Below, piece after piece: positions 1 through 14,301 of a DNA stretch of 64,000 nt. The translations under genes and the position numbers were made by a program. Every line of letters starts with the position of its first letter. Positions within the stretch are counted from its first letter, which is position 1. Source of the DNA: Escherichia coli (GTDB lineage: Bacteria; Pseudomonadota; Gammaproteobacteria; Enterobacterales; Enterobacteriaceae); the NCBI RefSeq assembly GCF_016026235.1, contig NZ_CP065613.1. One strand, written 5' to 3'. The notes below the pieces were generated by a model. The model was not told the DNA's origin, ran no database searches, and saw nothing but the letters and a program-made list of their open reading frames with translations.

Positions 1-939
<939 letters not shown>

Positions 940-977
940 CGTTTATGCCGGATGGTATGCCATCCGGCGCGCATGAA

Positions 978-1787
978 TTACTTCTGGCACTGCCGACAAT
1001 AAAACGTTGCCCGCTGCGCATGTTTAGTCGCCACAATCGGCGTACCGCACACCCGACAGGGCTCGCCTTTTCGCCCGTAAACCTGCAATTCCTGAGCGAA
1101 ATAGCCCGGTTTACCATCACTTTGCAGAAAATCTTTCAGCGTTGTACCACCCTGCTCAATCGAACGCAGCAACACCGCTTTAATCACCCGAGCTAACAAT
1201 TCACACTCTGCCAGCGACAGTGATGACGCCAGCCGATCCGGATGGATCCCCGCCGCAAACAGTGATTCGCTGGCATAGATATTCCCTACCCCTACCACCA
1301 GCTTGTTATCCATCAGCCACGGTTTAATCGCCGTTTTTTTCTTCGCGCACTTCTGATGCAGATACTCACCATTGAAATCGTCGCTAAGCGGCTCCGGTCC
1401 AAGATGAGCCAGCACGTTGTGCCCTTCCAGCTCTTTGGTCCACAGCCAGGCACCAAAGCGGCGCGGATCGGTGTAGCGCAGCACTTTGCCGTTGCTCATC
1501 ACCAAATCCACATGGTCATGCTTTTCAGGGGGAAGTTCTTCTGGAAGGATGCGCAGGCTGCCAGACATCCCCAAATGAATGATAATCCAGCCCTCAGGCA
1601 GCTCCAGCAGCAGATATTTAGCCCGCCGCTGCACGCTAAGCACTGGTTGGTCGCTTAAACGGTAGATCTCTTCTGAAACCGGCCAGCGCAAGCGTCCGTT
1701 GCGCACCACCGCATGAAGAATGGTTGCACCAACGAGATGCGGTTCTATGCCGCGGCGGCTGGTTTCAACTTCGGGTAATTCAGGCAT
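978..1787 (-). CDS. mutM: formamidopyrimidine-DNA glycosylase (Fpg/MutM)
   Basis: 269 aa beginning MPELPEVE (N-terminal Pro-Glu catalytic motif) and ending in a C-terminal zinc finger CRVCGTPI...CRQCQ. Confidence 0.95.
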
Positions 1788-1836
1788 AGCATCTCCAGGA
1801 ATGAACAGATGCAGTCAATATGGGGGCAAGCAGATA

Positions 1837-1869
1837 ACAAAAAACCCCGCCGGAGCGAGGTTTTTTGTT
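1837..1869 (-). terminator. rho-independent terminator after rpmG (hairpin plus U-run on the minus strand)
   Basis: Minus-strand CCUCGC-UCCG-GCGGGG hairpin followed by UUUUUUGUU, directly downstream of the rpmG stop. Confidence 0.5.
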
Positions 1870-1884
1870 ACATCAAAGCGAGAA

Positions 1885-2055
<171 letters not shown>

Positions 2056-2072
2056 TTATTTCCTCTAAGTAC

Positions 2073-2330
<258 letters not shown>

Positions 2331-2525
2331 TTAGCTCGAGCTTCGTATGGGGTATTGGCGCCTCGTCAGGCTTTACAGCCCGGTCATCGCAGTTCTATGT
2401 GAACTCTCGATTGCCAGGCCCAAATGCCAAACCCGAGATTCTCAAAGGTGGCGTAGTATACGCTGACTCAGCGATGTGCTCAAGTCCCGAACAGACAAAG
2501 ATCCCGAAGGATCGCGCATAGCGGG

Positions 2526-3200
2526 TTAAATCCAGCCGCGTTCGGCAAAAGAAACATACTCTCCACGCCCAATCACGATATGGTCGAGCACGCGTAAATC
2601 CATGAACTGACAACTCTTTATTATCCGTTCAGTAATGAGTTTATCCGCTTTACTGGGTTCAGCGCAACCCGAAGGGTGATTATGTGCAAGGATCAGCGCC
2701 GAGGCGTTTATTTTTATCGCTTCGCGGATAATTTCCCGAGGATGGACTTCAACATGGTTTAGCGTGCCGGAAAAAAGACGGCTATGCGTTATAACCCGGT
2801 GTTGGGAGTCGAGAAAGATCACCATAAAGATCTCCCGCTCCTCACCCGTGAGCTGGCTTTGTAAAAATTCCCTCGTCATCTCCGGGCTGAGTAAAGGGCT
2901 TTCTTCACGCATCCGCACGTTGTAGTAACGCCGCGCCAGTTCAGCAATCCCCTTTAACTGGGCAAATTTCGCCACGCCAATTCCATGAACGCCACTAAAT
3001 TGTTCATATTCAGAGGTTAACAAGCCATAAAGAGAGCCGAAATTCTCCAGCATCTCTTTTGCCAGGGTTAATACATCTTTACCGCGCGTTCCGGTACGCA
3101 GAAATAGCGCCAGCAGCTCGACATCCGTTAAGGCGCTAATACCAAACTTCAGCATTTTTTCGCGCGGCATCAACAGCTGTGAATTGTTTTTCACCTTCAC
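2526..3200 (-). CDS. yicR: UPF0758/RadC-like JAB-domain protein YicR
   Basis: 224-aa ORF with helix-hairpin-helix N-terminus and JAMM-like HNHPSG motif; the true start may be a few codons downstream of the listed one. Confidence 0.9.
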   Translation of the reverse strand: MKVKNNSQLLMPREKMLKFGISALTDVELLALFLRTGTRGKDVLTLAKEMLENFGSLYGLLTSEYEQFSGVHGIGVAKFAQLKGIAELARRYYNVRMREESPLLSPEMTREFLQSQLTGEEREIFMVIFLDSQHRVITHSRLFSGTLNHVEVHPREIIREAIKINASALILAHNHPSGCAEPSKADKLITERIIKSCQFMDLRVLDHIVIGRGEYVSFAERGWI

Positions 3201-3365
3201 CTCCTTTGTGGTGCTCGCATCCTGTCATAGCCGTTTCGTTAAATCGACGGCCAGTTTTCAATCCTGGAAAGCGCCTCGCAAAGTGAATCTCAGGTGAAGG
3301 CACGACAACAAAAGTATTGTGATAAAATCGCCAACTTCTGGTGTCACCCTACAGGAAAAATCATC

Positions 3366-4586
3366 ATGAGCCTGGCCGGTAAAAAAATCGTTCTCGGCGT
3401 TAGCGGCGGTATTGCTGCCTATAAAACCCCTGAACTGGTGCGTTGTTTGCGCGATCGCGGGGCCGACGTCCGCGTAGCCATGACCGAAGCGGCAAAAGCC
3501 TTTATCACCCCACTTAGCTTGCAGGCGGTTTCTGGTTATCCCGTTTCCGACAGTCTGCTGGACCCGGCAGCCGAAGCCGCTATGGGCCATATTGAGCTGG
3601 GTAAATGGGCTGATTTAGTGATTCTCGCCCCTGCCACGGCAGATTTGATTGCCCGTGTTGCTGCCGGAATGGCGAATGACCTGGTATCGACGATTTGTCT
3701 GGCTACACCTGCGCCTGTAGCCGTGCTCCCCGCCATGAACCAGCAGATGTACCGTGCCGCTGCCACGCAGCATAATTTAGAGGTGCTTGCTTCCCGTGGT
3801 TTGCTCATCTGGGGGCCAGACAGTGGCAGTCAGGCTTGTGGTGATATCGGTCCTGGGCGAATGCTCGATCCGTTAACCATTGTGGATATGGCGGTAGCGC
3901 ATTTTTCGCCCGTCAACGACCTGAAACATCTGAACATTATGATTACCGCCGGCCCGACGCGTGAACCGCTCGATCCCGTGCGTTATATCTCTAATCACAG
4001 CTCCGGCAAGATGGGTTTTGCTATCGCCGCCGCCGCTGCCCGTCGTGGCGCGAACGTCACGCTGGTATCAGGTCCGGTTTCACTACCAACGCCACCGTTT
4101 GTTAAACGTGTTGATGTGATGACCGCGCTGGAAATGGAAGCCGCCGTGAATGCTTCTGTACAGCAGCAAAATATTTTTATCGGCTGCGCCGCCGTGGCGG
4201 ATTATCGCGCAGCTACCGTGGCCCCAGAGAAAATCAAAAAGCAGGCCACGCAGGGTGATGAATTAACAATAAAAATGGTTAAAAACCCCGATATCGTCGC
4301 AGGCGTTGCCGCACTAAAAGACCATCGACCCTACGTCGTTGGATTTGCCGCCGAAACAAATAATGTGGAAGAATACGCCCGGCAAAAACGTATCCGTAAA
4401 AACCTTGATCTGATCTGCGCGAACGATGTTTCCCAGCCAACTCAAGGATTTAACAGCGACAACAACGCATTACACCTTTTCTGGCAGGACGGAGATAAAG
4501 TCTTACCGCTTGAGCGCAAAGAGCTCCTTGGCCAATTATTACTCGACGAGATCGTGACCCGTTATGATGAAAAAAATCGACGTTAA
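3366..4586 (+). CDS. coaBC: bifunctional phosphopantothenoylcysteine decarboxylase / phosphopantothenate-cysteine ligase
   Basis: ATG at 3366 gives 406 aa [21 protein letters not shown]... (flavoprotein N-domain plus CoaB C-domain); the listed ORF 3294..4586 is an upstream extension. Confidence 0.95.
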
Positions 4587-5022
4587 GATTCTGGACCCGC
4601 GCGTTGGGAAGGAATTTCCGCTCCCGACTTATGCCACCTCTGGCTCTGCCGGACTTGACCTGCGTGCCTGTCTCGACGACGCCGTAGAACTGGCTCCGGG
4701 TGACACTACGCTGGTTCCGACCGGGCTGGCGATTCATATTGCCGATCCTTCACTGGCGGCAATGATGCTGCCGCGCTCCGGATTGGGACATAAGCACGGT
4801 ATCGTGCTTGGTAACCTGGTAGGATTGATCGATTCTGACTATCAGGGCCAGTTGATGATTTCCGTGTGGAACCGTGGTCAGGACAGCTTCACCATTCAAC
4901 CTGGCGAACGCATCGCCCAGATGATTTTTGTTCCGGTAGTACAGGCTGAATTTAATCTGGTGGAAGATTTCGACGCCACCGACCGCGGTGAAGGCGGCTT
5001 TGGTCACTCTGGTCGTCAGTAA
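4564..5022 (+). CDS. dut: dUTP diphosphatase
   Basis: [35 protein letters not shown]...; overlaps the coaBC 3-prime end as in K-12. The start could be the second Met at 4567. Confidence 0.95.
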
Positions 5023-5128
5023 CACATACGCATCCGAATAACGTCATAACATAGCCGCAAACATTTCGTTTGCGGTCATAGCGTGGGTGCCGCCTGGCAA
5101 GTGCTTATTTTCAGGGGTATTTTGTAAC

Positions 5129-5725
5129 ATGGCAGAAAAACAAACTGCGAAAAGGAACCGTCGCGAGGAAATACTTCAGTCTCTGGCGCTGATGCTGGAA
5201 TCCAGCGATGGAAGCCAACGTATCACGACGGCAAAACTGGCCGCCTCTGTCGGCGTTTCCGAAGCGGCACTGTATCGCCACTTCCCCAGTAAGACCCGCA
5301 TGTTCGATAGCCTGATTGAGTTTATCGAAGATAGCCTGATTACTCGCATCAACCTGATTCTGAAAGATGAGAAAGACACCACAGCGCGCCTGCGTCTGAT
5401 TGTGTTGCTGCTTCTCGGTTTTGGTGAGCGTAATCCTGGCCTGACCCGCATCCTCACTGGTCATGCGCTAATGTTTGAACAGGATCGCCTGCAAGGGCGC
5501 ATCAACCAGCTGTTCGAGCGTATTGAAGCGCAGCTGCGCCAGGTATTGCGTGAAAAGAGAATGCGTGAGGGTGAAGGTTACACCACTGATGAAACGCTGC
5601 TGGCAAGCCAGTTGCTGGCATTTTGTGAAGGTATGCTGTCACGCTTTGTCCGCAGCGAGTTTAAATACCGCCCGACGGATGATTTTGACGCCCGCTGGCC
5701 GCTAATTGCCGCGCAGTTGCAGTAA
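5129..5725 (+). CDS. slmA: nucleoid occlusion factor SlmA (TetR family)
   Basis: ATG at 5129 gives 198 aa [52 protein letters not shown]... with a TetR-type HTH. Confidence 0.95.
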
Positions 5726-5739
5726 TTCTCCCCTAAACG

Positions 5740-5772
5740 GTCAGGCAGAAACGTCTGCCTGACGCTTTTCTT
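5740..5772 (+). terminator. slmA rho-independent terminator (hairpin could act bidirectionally toward the convergent RT gene)
   Basis: GTCAGGCAGA-AACG-TCTGCCTGAC perfect 10-bp stem followed by GCTTTTCTT. Confidence 0.5.
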
Positions 5773-6730
5773 ACCCTGCAACCAGCATTCGCTTAACACT
5801 CTCTCTCGCCTGTTGAAAGGCCTCATCCTCAGGGTTGATTTGCAATAACCAGTTTATTCTTCCCTGCAAAGCATAAAGATACGCCGTTGCCTGTGCGTGG
5901 AGATCGCCAGAAGGATCAAGTTCACCACGATGACTAAGATGCGAAATAACGCCATATTTTTGGCACAAGTGTACTTCCTGACGCAGCGCCCGGCGCGCTT
6001 CGCGGGCAAGCTGTGGTTTGTGATTAACAACAATCCCGGTTACTTGCTGGCGCTTACAGGCAGCTATCAGGCAGCTTTTGCGTTGATAGAGGCTCAGGCC
6101 CAGCTCCGCTAACAATCCGCACACTTTATTTTTAACCTGGCGGGCATTGAAGTGACCTGAAAAGGTCATGTCATCGCAGTAGCGGGTGTAGGTAATTCCC
6201 CGAGCCTGACACCATTCCCCTATGCGTTCATCAAAACAGCGCATCACAAGATTGGAAATGGCTGGCGAAGTTGGTGCCCCCTGTGGTAACGCGTCGTTAT
6301 AACAACAAATCCAGGTCAGCATGGTTACCACATTACGTGGCAACTGGACCTGGCGAAACACACGCCAGACCTGTAACCAGCTAATGCTATCGAAAAAGTT
6401 TTCGATATCGAGTTTCAGGATCTGCGGCTGTTGGCAGTGTGGCTGCGCGTTGCTGACGATTGGGCAACCTGGTCGGTAGGCTGTAGCAAAAGGGGAAAGC
6501 GGAAATTGTGAAAGGACGTTCTTAAGAATGTTGCGCTGTACGGTTTTGAGCAAGTAATCAGGGGCTAACACCAGCCGCTGACCACCGTGGCGTTTAGAAA
6601 GAATAATGCGTCGGTAATGGCGTCCGGCATGATTACTGAGCGCATACAACCGCTGTATTTCTTTATCGGCGCTCCAGCCCGGCGAGCCGAACAAATCGAG
6701 CGCCAGAAGGGTTATCCGGGTAGCATCCAT
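5771..6730 (-). CDS. retron-type reverse transcriptase, consistent with retron Ec107
   Basis: RT motifs in the translation: LKLDIENFFDSI, LPQGAPTSPAISN, YTRYCDDMTFSG (YxDD box) and the retron-typical VTG motif (QQVTGIVVN). The internal ATG at 6730 gives 319 aa; the listed ORF begins at an upstream GTG. Lies between slmA and pyrE, where retron Ec107 is reported (recalled, not searched). Confidence 0.9.
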   Translation of the reverse strand: MDATRITLLALDLFGSPGWSADKEIQRLYALSNHAGRHYRRIILSKRHGGQRLVLAPDYLLKTVQRNILKNVLSQFPLSPFATAYRPGCPIVSNAQPHCQQPQILKLDIENFFDSISWLQVWRVFRQVQLPRNVVTMLTWICCYNDALPQGAPTSPAISNLVMRCFDERIGEWCQARGITYTRYCDDMTFSGHFNARQVKNKVCGLLAELGLSLYQRKSCLIAACKRQQVTGIVVNHKPQLAREARRALRQEVHLCQKYGVISHLSHRGELDPSGDLHAQATAYLYALQGRINWLLQINPEDEAFQQARESVKRMLVAG

Positions 6731-6763
6731 TCCACTCTCCACATCACGGCGGCCAAAAGAGGT

Positions 6764-6954
6764 GCCAACAGCGGCAATACCATTAAACCATCCCGAAGGC
6801 GCGTAACTGTACTGAGCGCGTCAGCGCGACGTACGCGAAGCGTACTTAAGTACAATGAAGCGACTTTGGGTATATGGACATACTACTGGCGTTAAGTCGG
6901 CGACTCGCCGACCCTCCCGGCACAAAGGCCGGAAACGCTATTGCCACTGCTGGC
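6764..6954 (-). ncRNA. retron msr-msd non-coding RNA (template for msDNA), bounded by a1/a2 inverted repeats; boundaries approximate
   Basis: Minus-strand a1 GCCAGCAGUGGCAAUA (plus 6939-6954) pairs over 16 nt (including 2 G-U wobbles) with a2 UAUUGCCGCUGUUGGC (plus 6764-6779), which sits 34 nt upstream of the RT ATG. Between them are msr hairpins (GUCGGCGA-G-UCGCCGAC) and a palindrome-dense msd stem (GUACUUAAGUAC, GCGC-UGAC-GCGC). Confidence 0.55.
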
Positions 6955-7025
6955 GAAAGCAGATTAACACGATATCTTAAAGCGCATCACGCTGCGCACA
7001 GTAAAAACTTGCGCAGCGCATATTT

Positions 7026-7667
7026 TTAAACGCCGAACTCTTCGCGATAGGCCTTAACCGCCGCCAGATGTTCCGCCATTTCCGGCTTCTCTTCCAGGTA
7101 GGCAATCAGATCTTTCAGGGTGATGATAGAGATCACTTTGCAGTTGTAATCACGCTCAACTTCCTGAATCGCCGAAATCTCGCCGCGCCCGCGTTCCTGA
7201 CGATCAAGCGAAATCAATACGCCAGCAAGCGTCGCGCCATTGGCCTGAATAATTTCCATCGACTCGCGAATCGCCGTTCCGGCGGTGATCACATCATCCA
7301 CCAGCATTACGCGTCCTTGTAACGCGCTACCGACCAGATTGCCGCCTTCACCGTGGTCTTTTGCCTCTTTGCGGTTAAAGCAGTACGGCAGGTCCAGGTC
7401 ATGATGCTCCGCCAGCGCCACGGCGGTTGTGGTAGCAATCGGGATCCCTTTGTAAGCAGGGCCAAACAGCAGATCGAACTCAATGCCGGAATCCACCAAT
7501 GCTTCAGCGTAAAAACGGCCTAACAGTGCCAGATCGCGCCCGGTATTAAACAGCCCGGCGTTGAAGAAATAGGGGCTTTTGCGCCCGGATTTCAGCGTAA
7601 ACTCACCAAACTTTAATACCTGTTTGCTAAGCGCAAATTCAATAAACTGGCGCTGATATGGTTTCAT
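7026..7667 (-). CDS. pyrE: orotate phosphoribosyltransferase
   Basis: ATG at 7667 gives 213 aa [40 protein letters not shown]... with the PRPP-binding motif [13 protein letters not shown]. Confidence 0.95.
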
Positions 7668-7698
7668 GCCTTCGCTCCTCATCTTACTTTTCTACAGA

Positions 7699-7728
7699 CA
7701 AAAAAAAGGCGACTCATCAGTCGCCTTA
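7699..7728 (-). terminator. pyrE attenuator (intrinsic terminator in the rph-pyrE intercistronic leader)
   Basis: Minus-strand hairpin AAGGCGACUGAUGAGUCGCCUU followed by a U9 run, directly after the rph stop and upstream of pyrE. Confidence 0.6.
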
Positions 7729-7732
7729 AAAA

Positions 7733-8449
7733 TCAGTTTGCCAGCGCCGCCTTCTGCGTCGCTACAATGGATTCGATTCCCCCTCGGGCCAGCGCCAACA
7801 AGGTGAGTAACTCTTCATGGGTGAACGGCTCGCCTTCTGCCGTCCCCTGCACTTCAATGATGCGCCCGTCTTCGGTCATCACTACGTTCATGTCGGTCTC
7901 TGCGGCTGAGTCTTCAACGTATTCCAGATCGCAAACCGCTTCGCCGTTCACAATCCCGACAGAAACCGCGGCTACCATCCCTTTCATTGGATTGGTTTTC
8001 AGCTTGCCGTTTTCCACCAGCTTCTGTAGCGCATCTGCCAGCGCCACACAGGCACCCGTAATCGAAGCGGTACGCGTGCCACCATCAGCCTGAAGCACGT
8101 CGCAGTCCAGCGTAATGGTGAACTCACCCAGCGCTTTCAAATCTACTGCCGCACGAAGAGCACGGGCGATCAGACGCTGGATTTCCATTGTGCGTCCACC
8201 CTGCTTACCTTTCGCTGCTTCACGAGCGTTACGGGTGTGGGTAGAACGTGGCAGCATGCCGTATTCTGCGGTGATCCAGCCCTGGCCCTGACCTTTCAGG
8301 AAGCGAGGCACGCCTTCTTCAATAGAGGCGGTACACAATACTTTGGTATCGCCAAATTCGACCAGCACCGAGCCTTCTGCATGTTTTGTATAGTTACGAG
8401 TCAGGGTAACGGGACGCACCTGATTATTGCTACGGCCTGCTGGACGCAT
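7733..8449 (-). CDS. rph: ribonuclease PH, intact full-length reading frame
   Basis: ATG at 8449 gives 238 aa [41 protein letters not shown]..., read through to the natural C-terminus without the K-12 rph-1 frameshift. Confidence 0.95.
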   Translation of the reverse strand: MRPAGRSNNQVRPVTLTRNYTKHAEGSVLVEFGDTKVLCTASIEEGVPRFLKGQGQGWITAEYGMLPRSTHTRNAREAAKGKQGGRTMEIQRLIARALRAAVDLKALGEFTITLDCDVLQADGGTRTASITGACVALADALQKLVENGKLKTNPMKGMVAAVSVGIVNGEAVCDLEYVEDSAAETDMNVVMTEDGRIIEVQGTAEGEPFTHEELLTLLALARGGIESIVATQKAALAN

Positions 8450-8575
8450 ATTGAAATCTCCGGCTTGAAACAAATGTGGCTGCGCATTATACGGACTTCC
8501 GGCGGTTATTCCTATCCTGACAAGGCATCGATGGCTATAATCCTTCCACCTCTCCTTTTATAAACAGGAACGTCT

Positions 8576-9439
8576 ATGATCCGCAGTATGACCGCCTACG
8601 CCCGGCGTGAAATCAAGGGTGAATGGGGGAGCGCAACCTGGGAAATGCGCTCGGTAAACCAGCGTTATCTGGAAACTTACTTTCGTCTGCCGGAGCAGTT
8701 CCGTAGCCTTGAACCTGTCGTTCGTGAGCGTATTCGTTCTCGCCTGACGCGCGGTAAAGTGGAATGTACCCTGCGCTATGAGCCAGATGTTAGCGCGCAA
8801 GGTGAGCTGATCCTCAACGAAAAACTGGCTAAACAGCTGGTAACTGCCGCGAACTGGGTAAAAATGCAGAGTGACGAAGGGGAAATCAACCCGGTTGATA
8901 TTCTGCGCTGGCCGGGCGTGATGGCAGCCCAGGAGCAGGATCTTGACGCCATTGCCGCTGAAATTCTCGCGGCGTTGGATGGCACCCTGGACGACTTTAT
9001 TGTCGCGCGCGAAACCGAAGGTCAGGCACTGAAAGCATTGATCGAGCAGCGTCTGGAAGGCGTCACCGCCGAAGTGGTCAAAGTCCGCTCCCATATGCCG
9101 GAAATCCTGCAATGGCAGCGTGAACGCTTGGTCGCGAAGCTGGAAGATGCTCAGGTGCAGTTGGAAAACAACCGTCTGGAGCAGGAGTTGGTTCTGCTGG
9201 CACAACGAATTGACGTTGCCGAAGAGCTGGACCGCCTCGAAGCGCATGTCAAAGAGACCTACAACATTCTGAAGAAAAAAGAAGCCGTTGGTCGTCGTCT
9301 GGACTTTATGATGCAGGAGTTCAACCGCGAGTCGAACACTCTTGCGTCGAAGTCTATCAATGCCGAAGTGACAAACTCCGCGATTGAGCTGAAAGTGTTG
9401 ATTGAGCAGATGCGCGAGCAGATTCAGAATATTGAATAA
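8576..9439 (+). CDS. yicC: YicC-family stress-induced protein
   Basis: 287 aa MIRSMTAYARREIKGEWGSATWEMRSVNQRYLETYFRLPEQFR... matches the YicC family. Confidence 0.95.
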   Translation: MIRSMTAYARREIKGEWGSATWEMRSVNQRYLETYFRLPEQFRSLEPVVRERIRSRLTRGKVECTLRYEPDVSAQGELILNEKLAKQLVTAANWVKMQSDEGEINPVDILRWPGVMAAQEQDLDAIAAEILAALDGTLDDFIVARETEGQALKALIEQRLEGVTAEVVKVRSHMPEILQWQRERLVAKLEDAQVQLENNRLEQELVLLAQRIDVAEELDRLEAHVKETYNILKKKEAVGRRLDFMMQEFNRESNTLASKSINAEVTNSAIELKVLIEQMREQIQNIE

Positions 9440-9475
9440 CTCGTAACGCCAATTCTTACTTTTCAGCCTTCACAA

Positions 9476-9510
9476 ATGCCGCCCACTCAAACAGAGCGGC
9501 ATTTTTCTTC
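9476..9510 (+). terminator. yicC rho-independent terminator
   Basis: ATGCCGC-(loop)-GCGGCAT hairpin followed by TTTTTCTT. Confidence 0.4.
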
Positions 9511-9599
9511 CCCGCAACTTTCAATTCTGTTTTGCGTGCCTGCTCCAGATTTTGCGATGTCTTTTTGCCCAGCACACTGAGAACGTGAGACACTCACAA

Positions 9600-9615
9600 C
9601 TGTATATAAATACAG
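9600..9615. promoter_or_regulatory. LexA operator (SOS box) in the dinD promoter
   Basis: CTGTATATAAATACAG fits the CTGT-N8-ACAG LexA consensus, about 45 bp upstream of the dinD start. Confidence 0.6.
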
Positions 9616-9660
9616 TTACAGATTTACTTTCTTTGCAATCGATATCACATGGAGTGGGCA

Positions 9661-10484
9661 ATGAACGAACATCATCAACCTTTTGAAGAGATACGGCATT
9701 ATGGCACTGAAGGGCAAGAATTTTGGTCAGCGAGAGAATTGGCACCGTTACTGGATTATCGGGACTGGTGCAATTTTCAAAAGGTACTGACCCGCGCGAC
9801 TCAAGCGTGCGAAGCCAGCAATCAAGCTGCATCTGACCATTTCGTTGAAACCACCAAAATGGTTGTATTAGGTTCAGGGCTCAACGAGAACTTGAAGATG
9901 TTCATCTCTCCCGCTATGCCTGTTACCTGGTAGTACAAAACGGCGACCCTGCGAAACCGGTTATTGCGGCAGGACAAACTTATTTTGCTATCCAGACCCG
10001 ACGGCAGGAGCTGGCTGACGATGAAGCTTTCAGGCAACTTCGTGAAGACGAAAAGCGTCTTTTTCTGAGAAATGAATTGAAAGAACATAACAAACAATTA
10101 GTTGAGGCAGCGCAGCAAGCTAGGGTAGCGACAGCTATCGATTTCGCCATATTTCAGAATCATGGTTACCGGGGGCTGTATGGTGGATTAGATCAGAAAG
10201 CCATCCATCAGCGGAAGGGGCTGAAAAAGAGTCAGAAGATCCTGGATCATATGGGTTCAACAGAACTGGCGGCTAATCTCTTTCGAGCTACCCAAACAGA
10301 AGAAAAACTTAAGCGGGATGGCGTGAATTCAAAACAGCAAGCTAACACCACACACTTTGACGTAGGTCGCAAGGTGAGGCAAACCATTCAGGAACTTGGC
10401 GGAACCATGCCTGAGGAGTTGCCGACCCCGCAGGTCAGCATTAAGCAGTTGGAAAACAGTGTAAAAATTACAGAGAAAAAATAG
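9661..10484 (+). pseudogene. dinD: DNA damage-inducible protein DinD, disrupted by a 1-bp deletion frameshift
   Basis: ORFs 9649..9933 and 10077..10484 are the same protein in two frames. Frame 0 resumes ...[21 protein letters not shown]... right after a GGG run at 9877-9879, which is one G short of the GGGG remembered in the intact K-12 gene. Total span is 824 nt against 825 expected. Confidence 0.75.
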
Positions 10485-10775
10485 CAGAAACTAAAAACTC
10501 TTTTTGTTGATTGAGACACCCGATGCGTAAGCCAAAGTCCAGGTGCGGTGAATACAATAGCTAAACATTGCACCTTTCTTTTCCACCCCTCAGTTTTAAC
10601 CTATTTTTTCTTATGCATTTTCTCAGACAAGAAGTCAGAAGAATGCATCTCCGCTACAGAAAATAGAGATTTCACATAACTACAAGTTATCAATTCCCCC
10701 TCACCTTAAAAAATCTCAATCGTGACAATGCGCACAAATCGCTACCCTGCCAGACAGATTTTTAGGGAGAGAACC

Positions 10776-13118
<2,343 letters not shown>

Positions 13119-13119
13119 G

Positions 13120-13164
<45 letters not shown>

Positions 13165-13205
13165 GAATCGTCTTTATTGCAGTAAATCACAGGCAAATGC
13201 GGAAA

Positions 13206-13953
<748 letters not shown>

Positions 13954-14007
13954 ACCTGATTTCAGTATCATGCCCAGTCATTTCTTCACCTGTGGAGCTT
14001 TTTAAGT

Positions 14008-14283
14008 ATGGCACGCGTAACTGTTCAGGACGCTGTAGAGAAAATTGGTAACCGTTTTGACCTGGTACTGGTCGCCGCGCGTCGCGCTCGTCAGATGCAG
14101 GTAGGCGGAAAGGATCCGCTGGTACCGGAAGAAAACGATAAAACCACTGTAATCGCGCTGCGCGAAATCGAAGAAGGTCTGATCAACAACCAGATCCTCG
14201 ACGTTCGCGAACGCCAGGAACAGCAAGAGCAGGAAGCCGCTGAATTACAAGCCGTTACCGCTATTGCTGAAGGTCGTCGTTAA
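14008..14283 (+). CDS. rpoZ: RNA polymerase omega subunit
   Basis: 91 aa [39 protein letters not shown]... Confidence 0.95.
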
Positions 14284-14301
14284 TCACAAAGCGGGTCGCC
14301 C

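Noticed and set aside
5726-5770. Possible small effector or toxin ORF between the RT stop and slmA
   Set aside because: Only about 45 bp, occupied by the slmA terminator hairpin; no room for a coding sequence.
8558-9247. 229-aa minus-strand ORF overlapping yicC
   Set aside because: Antisense to the well-supported yicC frame; Gln/Phe-rich translation without motifs; no independent start or Shine-Dalgarno context.
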